DNA of 64,000 nt from Thermoproteota archaeon (GTDB lineage Archaea > Asgardarchaeota > Njordarchaeia > Njordarchaeales > Panguiarchaeaceae). Numbering within the stretch: position 1 is the first letter of the stretch; the number at the start of each line of letters is the position of its first letter. The notes below the pieces were generated by a model. It made no database searches. It saw nothing but the letters and a program-made list of their open reading frames with translations, and was not told where the DNA came from. Positions 54,889-64,000 of this stretch are shown one piece after another. The position numbers were made by a program, and so were the translations under genes. Where the stretch lies: assembly GCA_024720975.1 (NCBI GenBank), contig JANJXX010000001.1, forward strand, positions 80,970 through 144,969, in the 5' to 3' direction.

Positions 54889-55997
54889 TTCCGTCCCTCA
54901 AATTTCATCGAACTTATAGTGTACTTCTTCAAGGTATCCTCCTTCAGTTCGATTCCTAACCCTGCTTTGCTGGGCAGAGTATTCTTCAAACCATCAAATT
55001 CAATACCGAGTGCTACTTGGTCCTTCATAAATAAATATCCATCAAGATCTGAAAAGGCGATAGCGCGAGCGGCTACGGCTACATGTACGCCGGCGGCAAT
55101 GGCTATTTGAGTCTCGCTCATGCATCCAATTTGGCACTTAATGCCATAGACATCGCAAATATCAGCTATTTTCAGGGCGTTTAGTATTCCCCCAGCTTTC
55201 ATTATTTTAATGTTAATCATATCTGCTGCTTCTCTCTTTATAACTTCAATAGCATCCCTTGGCGTATGCACTGATTCATCTGCCATTATAGGTATTTCCG
55301 TGTGCATACGAACCTCGCGCAAACCGTCAATATCTCTCCAATGAACTGGTTGCTCACAAAATTCTATATCTAAGCCTTCAACAGCCCTTAGAACCCTTAT
55401 TGCCTGCTTAGTGGTGTAGCCTTGATTAGCATCTATCCTGATTCTAATGTCATCACCGACTGTTTGTCGTATTTTCTTGAGTAACTCTATATCCTTAGGT
55501 GCGTTTGTACCGATCTTTATCTTAAGGATTCTTATCCCTTGTTCTATATATTTCTGAGCTTTTTGTATTGCTCTATCGTGAGGCATTATTCCTATCGTTA
55601 CTGAGGTTTCAAATGAATTTTCAGATGCACCTAAAAGTCTGTATAATGGTACATTGTACTTCTTAGCAACAATATCAAATATAGCCATATCCAATGCGGC
55701 CTTTGCTGATGGATTTCCTATGATCGAATTGTCTATGTTTTCGATTATTCTCCTGTATTCTAAAGGACAGGCACCCAGAAGCAGTCCCTTTAGCTTGGAA
55801 ATAACCCCAAGAACTGTCTCTGTAGTTTCGCCAGTTATTCTAGCTGACGGTGCTGCTTCACCCAAGCCAATGATTCCTTCATCTGTGTAGATTTTAACTA
55901 TTACGCCAGTGTGTTCTACAGATGCTCCAAGGGCTATTCGAAACTCCTCTACTAGTGGTATGCGAAAGGAGTATGCCTCTATTTTATTAATTTCCAT
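54885..55997 (-). CDS. Enolase-superfamily dipeptide epimerase (L-Ala-D/L-Glu epimerase / MLE subgroup)
   Basis: MEINKIEAYSFRIPL is a typical N-terminal capping domain. The barrel motifs ILKIKIG, IRIDANQGY, FCEQP, IMADES and IKIMKAGG give the K-x-K ... D ... E ... D ... K pattern. I place the start at the ATG at 55997, after GGGAG; the tracked ORF extends to 56075. Confidence 0.8.
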   Translation of the reverse strand: MEINKIEAYSFRIPLVEEFRIALGASVEHTGVIVKIYTDEGIIGLGEAAPSARITGETTETVLGVISKLKGLLLGACPLEYRRIIENIDNSIIGNPSAKAALDMAIFDIVAKKYNVPLYRLLGASENSFETSVTIGIMPHDRAIQKAQKYIEQGIRILKIKIGTNAPKDIELLKKIRQTVGDDIRIRIDANQGYTTKQAIRVLRAVEGLDIEFCEQPVHWRDIDGLREVRMHTEIPIMADESVHTPRDAIEVIKREAADMINIKIMKAGGILNALKIADICDVYGIKCQIGCMSETQIAIAAGVHVAVAARAIAFSDLDGYLFMKDQVALGIEFDGLKNTLPSKAGLGIELKEDTLKKYTISSMKFEGRK

Positions 55998-56099
55998 CGA
56001 CACTCCCATTATTTGAACTAATATGTAGTGGAATTCTACGTAAATATAAGAATTCAGAGTATGCAGAAAAGTCATTGAAAAATATACCTGGGTATTAGA

Positions 56100-56540
56100 A
56101 TGCCGAGTTTTCCGATTAAGTTGGAAATTCCTAAGAAACTCTCCGGGAGGATCAAACAGTGCGGTATTTTTAATGTTTTGTACGTAGATTTCGACATAAA
56201 AACTGGATCGTACTTAAAATACGTGCTAAACAAAAGATCTGCTTTCTTCAGACAAATCACAAAAACACCTGATTTCCTCGCGGATGTTCTACTCCTAGCA
56301 AGAGATACGAAGGAACTCACACTTAAGGATGAACGTACACTAGTACTTGTAGGAGCTCTGACCGAAGAACCCCCTCGGCTGCTACTTTTAGAAACTACAA
56401 GGGCATCCCGAAACCTAGCTCTTAATATTCTTAATACTTTAATAAAGGCTTTGAGGAATCTGCAGAAAAACGACATCCAGTCTGATGAATTCATTTCAGC
56501 TCTATTGCAGGCTGTGGAGGGAGTACCTTGCGAGATCTAA
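56100..56540 (+). CDS. Hypothetical protein upstream of lysK
   Basis: 146-aa ORF with normal composition, overlapping the lysK start by 13 nt. The antisense ORF 56072..56494 is S/R-rich and rejected. Confidence 0.5.
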   Translation: MPSFPIKLEIPKKLSGRIKQCGIFNVLYVDFDIKTGSYLKYVLNKRSAFFRQITKTPDFLADVLLLARDTKELTLKDERTLVLVGALTEEPPRLLLLETTRASRNLALNILNTLIKALRNLQKNDIQSDEFISALLQAVEGVPCEI

Positions 56541-58252
56541 ACCTCAAAGCCCTCGAATATATTAAGAGAAGAGACTATACTCATTTCACAAAGAAGGCGG
56601 CTTTAAGAATACTAGACATCTTTCCAAACAGGGATACGTACCACTTAGAGGCTGGGTTCACACCGAGCGGAAAAGTGCACTTGGGTAATTTTGGTGATAT
56701 TGTAATCGTTGAAGCTGTCAAAAAAACACTTGATATTTGGGGATACAATGCTGAATCCATTCTAGTTATAGACTCACGCGACCCATTTCGAAATGCCCCT
56801 ACTTTTGCACCGGAGGAGTTCAAGAAGAGCTCAAACAAATACTTGGGCATGCCGCTAGAAAGTCTGCCTGATCCTTGGAATTGTCACAAAAACTATGTGG
56901 AGCACTTTGTAGAACCACTTCTGAACTCTCTCAACGAGTACGGACTTAAACCAAAGGTTTATTTCGCACATCAAATACATACGAACGCCAGGTACATCGA
57001 GCTTCTTCATAACGTAATAGTCCACAGGGACAGGGTAGCTAGGATATTCAATGAAGTTCACAGACGAGCCGGTCATAAGAAACGATATGAGGTAAACTGG
57101 ATACCATTCAGACCTTTATGCGAGAACTGTAATCGAATAGATGAGCGAGTAAAGCCTAGAGAAATCCTCGAGGATCATTATGTAATCAGATATAAATGCG
57201 AAACTTGCGGACATGAGGGATTCGCTGACATTAGAAAGGCAGAGGGGAAAGCCCCGTGGAGAATAGACTGGCCGCTTCGTTGGGTCCTTTTTGATATCCA
57301 TTTTGAGCCAATGGGTAAGGATCTTATGGCTGCTGGCTCGAGCTTTGACACTGGATGTGCACTATTGCGAGAGTTCTTCAACAGAGAACCCCCTGTTGCA
57401 ATATTTTACGACTTCTTTTACTGGGTGGAACCAAACAAAGAACCAAAGAAGTTCTCTAAGCGCGCAGGAGTTGGATTCGGAGCCCATGAGTGGCTCCTTT
57501 ATGCTCCGCCTGAAGCACTGAATTACATGCTACTTAGACGGCATGTAGGAGAAATCACCAAGGACAGTCTGAGACATATAGACTTCAATCCATATGATAT
57601 ACCTACGTATGTCAATAGGTACGATTCAGATGAGGACTACCTCTTTAATAAACTCGCTCAAGGAGAATTAGGAACTGAGGATATTAAAATGCTTATGGCA
57701 TATATACTATCGCAAAAAGATGCAAAAAAGGCATTTATACAAAGAGTTCGACGGGTTCCATATGATGCAGCACTCAAAGCTGCCATGTGGATGACTGACC
57801 TGGAAGATGGATTAAGGATGCTACAGAAGATGGGCTACCTTTCCCCAAGCGCGGGTAAAGCTGAAGTTGAGGATGCAAAGGAACGACTAAGATGCGCTTT
57901 AAACTATCTAAGAGACTTATGGATACCACCAGAACTAGATTTGAAGACTATACTGGGTAGCCTTCCTCAGAACGTACGAGATGCCATTCGATATATCCTC
58001 GAAAACACGTTGAAGATTTCACCAGAGGAACTTAGCCAAGAGGTCCTAAGAGAATTCGTGAGAGAAGCTAGCTCTAGGTTTGGCGTACCCGCCAAGGAAC
58101 TCTATGTGACACTGTATAGGATAGCACTAGGAGAAAATGAGGGTCCTCCAGCCTACAGACTTTATCAAAAAGATGTTACAAGGAAAAACCTAATCAAAGC
58201 AGCCGAGATTTTAGGGTGTTCTGCGGTTGAAAATAATAGCTCTCGGATCTAA
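56528..58252 (+). CDS. lysK: Class I lysyl-tRNA synthetase
   Basis: GFTPSGKVHLGNFGD (HIGH-type motif as in archaeal LysRS-1) and KFSKRAG (KMSKS motif) are present, and the overall length fits. Confidence 0.85.
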   Translation: MRDLNLKALEYIKRRDYTHFTKKAALRILDIFPNRDTYHLEAGFTPSGKVHLGNFGDIVIVEAVKKTLDIWGYNAESILVIDSRDPFRNAPTFAPEEFKKSSNKYLGMPLESLPDPWNCHKNYVEHFVEPLLNSLNEYGLKPKVYFAHQIHTNARYIELLHNVIVHRDRVARIFNEVHRRAGHKKRYEVNWIPFRPLCENCNRIDERVKPREILEDHYVIRYKCETCGHEGFADIRKAEGKAPWRIDWPLRWVLFDIHFEPMGKDLMAAGSSFDTGCALLREFFNREPPVAIFYDFFYWVEPNKEPKKFSKRAGVGFGAHEWLLYAPPEALNYMLLRRHVGEITKDSLRHIDFNPYDIPTYVNRYDSDEDYLFNKLAQGELGTEDIKMLMAYILSQKDAKKAFIQRVRRVPYDAALKAAMWMTDLEDGLRMLQKMGYLSPSAGKAEVEDAKERLRCALNYLRDLWIPPELDLKTILGSLPQNVRDAIRYILENTLKISPEELSQEVLREFVREASSRFGVPAKELYVTLYRIALGENEGPPAYRLYQKDVTRKNLIKAAEILGCSAVENNSSRI

Positions 58253-58787
58253 GAATCCTAGTAAAATCCAAGCTGCCGAGATGGCATGCAAAATCATATT
58301 TGATGAATATAAGCTTATCCCGGTATTAATAGAGAGAGCACCTAAACAACCGCTTGATGAGGAGGAAATAATTAGAGGGGCTATACACAGAGCAATTAGT
58401 GCCGTTAAGAAGATTCCTTATGCAGATTTTGGATTAGGACTGGAGGGAGGACTCCGAAAAAATAAGTATGGCGTTTTCGTAACCGGTTGGGTTGCTGTGA
58501 TAGACAAATCCGGCGCCATAGGACTGGCATCAACGGTTTCAGTTCAGCTACCAGACTATGTTTGGGATCTTATAAAGAGAGGTAGAGTTGACGAGCTTGA
58601 GGATGTTATGACGAAGCTATCTGGTATTAGAAACATAGGCGATACTATTGGCGCTATAGGATTTATGACCTTAGAAAAATACACAAGGGCTGATGCCTTT
58701 AGGGATGCCATCATTTGTGCATTTGGTCGTATGTTCAGAAGGGAGTTTTTTGAAGAACAATTACGAACTGAGATATTCAAAACGTAA
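58227..58787 (+). CDS. Inosine/xanthosine triphosphatase (YjjX / NTPase I-T family)
   Basis: IIALGSKNPSKIQA, QPLDEEEIIRGAIHRA, GLGLEGG, TGWVAVID and GAIGFMT are collinear with remembered E. coli YjjX. The TTG start follows GGGTG plus 8 nt and lies inside the lysK 3' end. Confidence 0.8.
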   Translation: MKIIALGSKNPSKIQAAEMACKIIFDEYKLIPVLIERAPKQPLDEEEIIRGAIHRAISAVKKIPYADFGLGLEGGLRKNKYGVFVTGWVAVIDKSGAIGLASTVSVQLPDYVWDLIKRGRVDELEDVMTKLSGIRNIGDTIGAIGFMTLEKYTRADAFRDAIICAFGRMFRREFFEEQLRTEIFKT

Positions 58788-58796
58788 CATTAATGA

Positions 58797-59657
58797 CTAG
58801 AACTTTACTTTAGGCCGCTTTTTTCTATACTTTCTTAAAGCAACTTCTTTGCCCGTTAGCTCACGATAAAGAGGAACAAGCTCTAGGGATCTATTCCGGA
58901 TTGTTATCTCAGTTACACCACATGCTTTTGCAATTTTTAACTGGGAGATTCTCATTCCAAAGCTTTTAGCTACAATATAAATAGCTCCACCAACGACACC
59001 TCTTATATCCTTCCCAATAATCAACCCTCTATTTTGAGCTTCTTGGATTAGACTCATAACTTCATTTGCAAAGTCAAGATCTTTAATTTTAAGTTCATCC
59101 AGAACGGCACTCAGAAACTCTTTTAAGCCTAGAGGCTTAAGATCTATTTTCAACTCGCTGCGCAATTGATTGATTAACCTCGAGATTTTCTCTGATTGAT
59201 CAAACTCCCTAACTAGTGCCTTGTATGATATAGGAAAATTAAATTTTCTCGCTGCTAGATATGTTAGAGCAATTGCATACTGCTCAATCTTATCTAGAGT
59301 GATTTTCTTTCCAGTTTTTATTAAATTAAGGAAATATTCCTCAGCAAGTTTACAAACTTGTTTATGCAATCTGTGCTTATTTGCTATCTCATTAACCACT
59401 GCTATAAATCTCTCCATTAATTTTCTGTCTCTTTCCTCAGCGAGTTCATCAAGGGGCTCTATGTGCTTATATGTAATCTCACTGCGCTCCTCTTCAAACT
59501 GTTGAAAAGAAGAATCTAACGTTATCTCCTCTTCTATTACGGCACCACAATTTTGGCAATATAGTGTATTATTTTCTTCATTGTATACTAAACTAGGTGA
59601 ATGACACTTCGGACACTTTCTGGTGCTTTGCATCCGAGGGACCTCTGCAAGGTGCAC
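58797..59657 (-). CDS. tfb: Transcription initiation factor TFB (TFIIB homolog)
   Basis: An N-terminal zinc ribbon CPKCHS...YCQNCG is followed by two cyclin-fold repeats. The start could be the internal ATG (MQSTRKCPKC). Confidence 0.9.
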   Translation of the reverse strand: MHLAEVPRMQSTRKCPKCHSPSLVYNEENNTLYCQNCGAVIEEEITLDSSFQQFEEERSEITYKHIEPLDELAEERDRKLMERFIAVVNEIANKHRLHKQVCKLAEEYFLNLIKTGKKITLDKIEQYAIALTYLAARKFNFPISYKALVREFDQSEKISRLINQLRSELKIDLKPLGLKEFLSAVLDELKIKDLDFANEVMSLIQEAQNRGLIIGKDIRGVVGGAIYIVAKSFGMRISQLKIAKACGVTEITIRNRSLELVPLYRELTGKEVALRKYRKKRPKVKF

Positions 59658-59726
59658 TTATTTTCTTTAGGAATAAACAAACTTCGGAAAAATCAGAAAA
59701 AGAAAAAGGAAAAAGAACTCAGTTAA

Positions 59727-61043
59727 CTATTTTAAGTACTCGTGGAGGAGCCGTCCAAGCAGCTTTATGCCTTCGACTATATCTTCAGCTGGGAGGAGAG
59801 AAAATCCTAGCCGCATGGAATTTCGTGGAGCTTTTATTCTCTCAATGTCATTTTTGTCGGGGTTGTAATAGTAACCCAGTGATTCCACTGGATAAAATGC
59901 TGGCCCAGGCGTGTAATTAACATCATTCTTCAATGCTACGTCCTCAAGGAATTTTGAGGCATTGAAATCTTTTTCTGATTCATACCATACGAAAAATCCA
60001 CCCTTAGGCCGCGTATGAAGCCCTGGGGGAAAATGCTGCTCTATACTTTCAATCATTGCGTCACAACGCCGCTTGTATTCCTCAACGGCCTCAGGTAAGA
60101 CTTTGTCTATCCACTTCTCATAATACTCCTTCAAGAGAACCTGATTTATTACAGGAGTACATAAATCTTGGTACCCTTTAGATTTTATGAATTCCTCAGC
60201 AAGTTTTCCTTTTGGTAAAACACAGTAGCCTACCCTCAAGACTGCTGCTTCTTTGCTTGTTGTTCTAAGATATGCAACATATTTATTATCTTTGTCGAAG
60301 GATTTTATTGGCGGTATTTTCTCGCCGCCGAAGTATATGTCTCTATAGGCAGCATCTTCAACAATTAGAACTTTGTGCTTTTCTGCAATTTCGTAGAGCT
60401 GCTTCCTCCTCTTAAGTGGCATCATCGTTCCTTTTGGATTGTCGGAATCAGGTACCACATATATGAAGTCAGGCAGACGTCTAAACTTCTCTAGGGACTT
60501 TTCAATAGCTTTTTCAACATACTCTGGAATTATACCATGCTCATCCGTAGGAACACATACAACATTTGCTTGGTGTATTCCTAAAGGACCTAACATTCCT
60601 AAGTAGGCGGGAGCAGATGTTATAACAACATCCCCGGGATCTATTAGAATATTAGCTATCGTAAATAGGGCTTGCTGACTACCGGTAGTAACTATAACGC
60701 TATCTATACGCTCTGCTTCATCTTTAGGTAGAGGAACACCGTCTTTCTCTAATCTATCAGCTAGAACCTTTCTAAGTGGATCCCAACCCGCTGTTTTCTC
60801 ATAATTAAACAAGTCTAAAACTTCCCTTGTTCTGCCGGTTCTTATTAGCTTTTCAATTTCTTCTCCAACATTTTTAATGATCTGGGCCCAAGCCTCTAGA
60901 GGCAAAACGCCTGGCTTACCACCAGCAAAGTAATAACGCACCTTGTACTTCAAAAGTCTTCGAATTTCACTTTCCGGAATCAATTCCGTCCAGGCTGAAA
61001 ATTTAAAGCTGTACTCTAGGGACTTATTCACAATGAACACCAT
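59727..61043 (-). CDS. PLP-dependent aminotransferase, class I/II (ARO8/LysN/2-aminoadipate-type subgroup)
   Basis: TTGSQQAL, DNPKG, VEDAAY and the lysine motif TTSKEAAVLRVGY are present, with a C-terminal small domain. Confidence 0.8.
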   Translation of the reverse strand: MVFIVNKSLEYSFKFSAWTELIPESEIRRLLKYKVRYYFAGGKPGVLPLEAWAQIIKNVGEEIEKLIRTGRTREVLDLFNYEKTAGWDPLRKVLADRLEKDGVPLPKDEAERIDSVIVTTGSQQALFTIANILIDPGDVVITSAPAYLGMLGPLGIHQANVVCVPTDEHGIIPEYVEKAIEKSLEKFRRLPDFIYVVPDSDNPKGTMMPLKRRKQLYEIAEKHKVLIVEDAAYRDIYFGGEKIPPIKSFDKDNKYVAYLRTTSKEAAVLRVGYCVLPKGKLAEEFIKSKGYQDLCTPVINQVLLKEYYEKWIDKVLPEAVEEYKRRCDAMIESIEQHFPPGLHTRPKGGFFVWYESEKDFNASKFLEDVALKNDVNYTPGPAFYPVESLGYYYNPDKNDIERIKAPRNSMRLGFSLLPAEDIVEGIKLLGRLLHEYLK

Positions 61044-61127
61044 GATAATGAAAAAGAAATGTTTGTAAAATATATGGTAGTATATATTTGGATATTGTAA
61101 AAGGAACAGCCCAATGTTATTTCTTAT

Positions 61128-62282
61128 TCATATAGTAAGCTCGGGCTCTAAACCTAGGTTCAATATCCCATACTTTCGTTCTTTATGCGCATTTGTAATC
61201 AGCTTGATGACATAATCGATTTCTAAATGCGGGGCTTTGAGTGAATTCATCCAGACATATGATAGGATTTTATCAACATCCTCACTTTTAAGAGATTGTT
61301 CCATTTTCTCGACATACTTTTTCAATGCTAAAAGTTTACCTGCCATATTGGATTGGAATCGCCACAAAGCATATTTCTCATAATCGTCAAATGTTGCTAC
61401 ATTTTGGTATTCCTGGAGGTATATCTTCTGCATGATTAGGTCTATAAAACCCGGATCCTCAAGATCATTTGCCGTTTTTTCGAGCTCAAATACTGTCCGG
61501 TAGGGACATATAGAACACGAAATTCGAGAACATCCTCTGATGTAATCTGGGTGAACAACTCCGCGTGCCTTTACGAGATCAATAACATCTAATATTGTGA
61601 GTATGTACAAAGGCTTGAGTTGAGTTCCGGAGATGAACGTTCTCTGTTTGGCATACTCTAACAGCGAACAAAAACGCTTGTAACTTTCGAATATTCTCTC
61701 AGAATTTACTTCATAGTCAAAACGTCCCTTCTTTATCTGACGCATGACCCTTATTTTTGCGTGATAAGTACACCAGCGAAATCCTCTATAGGGCAAACCA
61801 TAATGTTCTAACAGATCTTTCATTTTTTCTTTCGATATTGACTCTACTCCAATTTCAACATCTAGCTTCTTCGAAATCAAATCAATAAACTTAAGATTTC
61901 TTTCGCCATCTAATAACGGGACGTGTATGTAGTACGATTTCAAATCAAAATTTAAATATTTCTGCAACTCAAGGAGCGTTATTAGAGAAGCTGTAGAGTC
62001 CTTTCCACCAGAGAGCCATACAACAACCTTTTTACCATTAAGCTTATTTGTCAGAGCACGCGCTAGAAACTGCAAGTATGACTCAAAGTCATAACATACT
62101 CTTCCGAAAATGCCAGGAACTACATCCAGTAAATTAGAAAGATTTATGCAGTTATCATTATAACATATCCCAGTATTGTGAAGCATTTCTCCTACATCAA
62201 AACCCATGTTTGTTGAGAAAAAATACAGCTTAAAACCGTTATCAAGACATGCTAGAGTATCCACTCCTATGCAAACAAACAT
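61128..62282 (-). CDS. PP-loop ATP pyrophosphatase of the PAPS-reductase family with a C-terminal Cys motif
   Basis: PP-loop VVVWLSGGKDSTA, then later CSRISCSICPY. The true start may be the internal ATG (MGFDVGEM). Confidence 0.7.
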   Translation of the reverse strand: MFVCIGVDTLACLDNGFKLYFFSTNMGFDVGEMLHNTGICYNDNCINLSNLLDVVPGIFGRVCYDFESYLQFLARALTNKLNGKKVVVWLSGGKDSTASLITLLELQKYLNFDLKSYYIHVPLLDGERNLKFIDLISKKLDVEIGVESISKEKMKDLLEHYGLPYRGFRWCTYHAKIRVMRQIKKGRFDYEVNSERIFESYKRFCSLLEYAKQRTFISGTQLKPLYILTILDVIDLVKARGVVHPDYIRGCSRISCSICPYRTVFELEKTANDLEDPGFIDLIMQKIYLQEYQNVATFDDYEKYALWRFQSNMAGKLLALKKYVEKMEQSLKSEDVDKILSYVWMNSLKAPHLEIDYVIKLITNAHKERKYGILNLGLEPELTI

Positions 62283-62327
62283 TAAGTTCCCGGAGAAGCT
62301 TGTTGGAAGCCACTCTCCTAAGTTTGT

Positions 62328-62774
62328 TCACCTATCATTCAACTCGGCAGTTAGTTTTCTGATTTTCTTAAATACCATGCCAACTCGTCTCTGTAAAAAC
62401 TCAACTACTTTTTCCCCAACAATAGTACTCTCCTCCGGAAGATCTTTGATAAACTCCGCTAATTGCTTTATTAGACTCAACGCAAGGAGTTTAAGTCCTT
62501 TATTCTTTACTCTTGCCAAGACTATGAAGCTACTTTTATCAGGATCGGACACATATGCAAGCCATTTATCGCGAAGGAGGATGTTAAGATTCTTCTGCTC
62601 TTGTTCCCTTAGAACGTGCGCTACCAACTTCATAACATTTATCGAGTACTCCTTCGGCCAATCAATCAAGATATCTGCTTCACTATCTTTGATATAAATA
62701 GCGGATACAAGACCCCCATAACTTAACACAAAAATTCTGTCCAGGAATCCCCCGAGAGTCATCTCAACCATCAC
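62328..62774 (-). CDS. Roadblock/LC7- or longin-like small alpha/beta protein (inferred)
   Basis: GGLVSAIYIKDSEADILIDWP...NVMKLVAHVL...WLAYVSDPDKSSFIVLARVKNKGLKLLALSLIKQLAEFI follows the beta-beta-alpha-beta-beta-alpha pattern of Roadblock domains. Confidence 0.4.
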   Translation of the reverse strand: MMVEMTLGGFLDRIFVLSYGGLVSAIYIKDSEADILIDWPKEYSINVMKLVAHVLREQEQKNLNILLRDKWLAYVSDPDKSSFIVLARVKNKGLKLLALSLIKQLAEFIKDLPEESTIVGEKVVEFLQRRVGMVFKKIRKLTAELNDR

Positions 62775-62974
62775 ATTAATATAGCCAACAACGCACAGAA
62801 AAGCTATGCTTAAAGGTTTGCTGACGTCCCAGTATAAAAATTTCTATCAAGCAAATATCATTAGTTTGGATACTTAAAAGAGTTATAATCAAGGATCAGC
62901 CAGCACAACAAAAAATGATTTACTTAACTTTCCAAACTTTCTGATGCATTTGGTTTAGCAGCAATTGGACTGTA

Positions 62975-63646
62975 TTATTTGCGAGCTCCACCTAAGGCGC
63001 CAAAAATTGCTAAAAACAGTGCCGAAAGCCAGCCACATGAAATACTCTGCAAAGTAGCATAGACTATGCTAACTCCAAGACTACCAAACGCTGCTACTAT
63101 TATCCCAACAAATAGAGCTAGGATCCATATAAGAAATCCCGCAACAAAACCATAGCCTGGGTCGTGGTTTATGAAACCAGCAACAAATCCTGCCAGAATA
63201 AATGGAATTACTGCTACTACTAATAGCCCTACATAGCCATCCATATTGATTAAATTAGATAGAAGATTGCTTGTCTCGGTGTAGTGTGAATAGGCTGCAT
63301 CTATAAGACTGCCTGATACTCCCAGAAATATGTCGCTACCGGTGATAAATGCTACAGCAATATTAGGAATGATAACTTGAGATGCCAATATCAATTGCAG
63401 AAGCGTACTTAACTCGACACTCCCCATGACTTTAAGTATCAACGGTAATGCTAATTGATATATAACCAGTATGATGAATCCAACAAATATCGAGAGTAAT
63501 TTAAAGCGCTTTTCAACACCCTCAGATGGGATATGTGCTTCTTTCTTCTTCGGTTTTTCTTCAACAATTTCAACTGCTTCTAGTTCTTCTACTTCCTTCT
63601 CTAGCTCTTCAATCGATTTTGATGCTTCGCTTTCTTCTTCTGACAT
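62975..63646 (-). CDS. Integral membrane protein with an acidic N-terminal tail
   Basis: About 45 E/K-rich residues (SEEESEASKSIEELEKEVEELEAVEI) are followed by 5-6 hydrophobic helices. Confidence 0.6.
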   Translation of the reverse strand: MSEEESEASKSIEELEKEVEELEAVEIVEEKPKKKEAHIPSEGVEKRFKLLSIFVGFIILVIYQLALPLILKVMGSVELSTLLQLILASQVIIPNIAVAFITGSDIFLGVSGSLIDAAYSHYTETSNLLSNLINMDGYVGLLVVAVIPFILAGFVAGFINHDPGYGFVAGFLIWILALFVGIIVAAFGSLGVSIVYATLQSISCGWLSALFLAIFGALGGARK

Positions 63647-63748
63647 AATTATTACCTCGAGGCTGCGTATTTTTTACTAATTTTAATGATAATGCATATG
63701 ATTATTGATGCAAATTATTTATATTATTGGATATATGGGTGATTACTG

Positions 63749-64000
63749 TTGAGCATAAGATTAAGTACAGGACTAGTTAGAGCCGCTGGTTATGCCGATA
63801 AACTCCGCAAGATCCTTATAGTTGCTACAAGAGATAAGGTTCCACCAAGAGAAGCCGTGAGAGTAGCTGCCCATATCAATCAGCATTTGTTTAGGGTCTT
63901 TCAGGAGAATAGGATAGATAAGTCAGATGTGGTTCGCATTTTTCTGAACGTGGATGTTGTTGATGACAAGATAGTAGTGGATTGGAAATCTTTGACTATT
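63749..64000 (+). CDS. Hypothetical protein, 3'-truncated by window edge
   Basis: The TTG at 63749 lies exactly 6 nt after GGGTGA. The frame stays open to the window end (SIRLSTGLVRAAGYADKLRKILIVATRDKVPPREAVRVAAHINQHLF...). Confidence 0.5.
   Translation, partial: MSIRLSTGLVRAAGYADKLRKILIVATRDKVPPREAVRVAAHINQHLFRVFQENRIDKSDVVRIFLNVDVVDDKIVVDWKSLTI

Noticed and set aside
1-64000. Scan for CRISPR arrays, rRNA, transposases, integrases and long direct or terminal repeats.
   Set aside because: I saw no periodic repeat-spacer structure, no rRNA-like GC-rich blocks, and no DDE, tyrosine or serine recombinase motifs in any ORF. An eye scan cannot exclude short or degenerate repeats.

Overview
AT-rich archaeal chromosomal window. 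Archaeal markers include TFB, class I LysRS, ThrRS with the archaeal-type N-terminal editing domain, ATP-dependent DNA ligase, pyruvoyl arginine decarboxylase, a Clp1-type RNA kinase and a candidate C/D box sRNA. The I/K/E-rich proteins, the M42 TET-type peptidase and myo-inositol-1-phosphate synthase suggest a thermophile of the TACK/Asgard part of the tree, but I cannot assign the lineage from sequence alone. About 65 genes are tightly packed, many with 1-17 nt stop/start overlaps. A recurring Shine-Dalgarno pattern (GGTGA or GGTG, then about 6 nt, then the start codon) let me refine several starts, including two CTG starts the ORF track missed. Housekeeping: thrS-maf-ASCH-lig array, lysK-ITPase operon, tfb, pdaD, uppP, a GT4 dolichyl-phosphate sugar-phosphotransferase, a Wzx-like flippase, IMPase, MIPS. 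Hydroxy-acid metabolism: LarA, a 2-hydroxyacid dehydrogenase, a GlcD-like FAD oxidase. I saw no rRNA, tRNA, CRISPR array, transposase or integrase. Main leads: (1) an overlapping operon of amide-bond enzymes (acyl-CoA-synthetase alpha-like, an apparently circularly permuted ATP-grasp, an FGase-type amidohydrolase, a GCS2 ligase) facing a dipeptide epimerase, a candidate ribosome-independent peptide or peptide-tag pathway. (2) A Ras-superfamily GTPase translationally coupled to LarA, alongside two Roadblock/LC7-like proteins, a 520-aa proline-rich coiled-coil protein with a degenerate GTPase-like C-terminus, and at least five orphan alpha-solenoid proteins. (3) An alpha-solenoid/MoxR-AAA+/VWA operon divergent from an orphan Cas4-like nuclease pair. 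(4) A candidate C/D box sRNA and a GC-enriched structured patch in a 700-bp intergenic region. All functional calls come from motif recognition by eye, with no database search.
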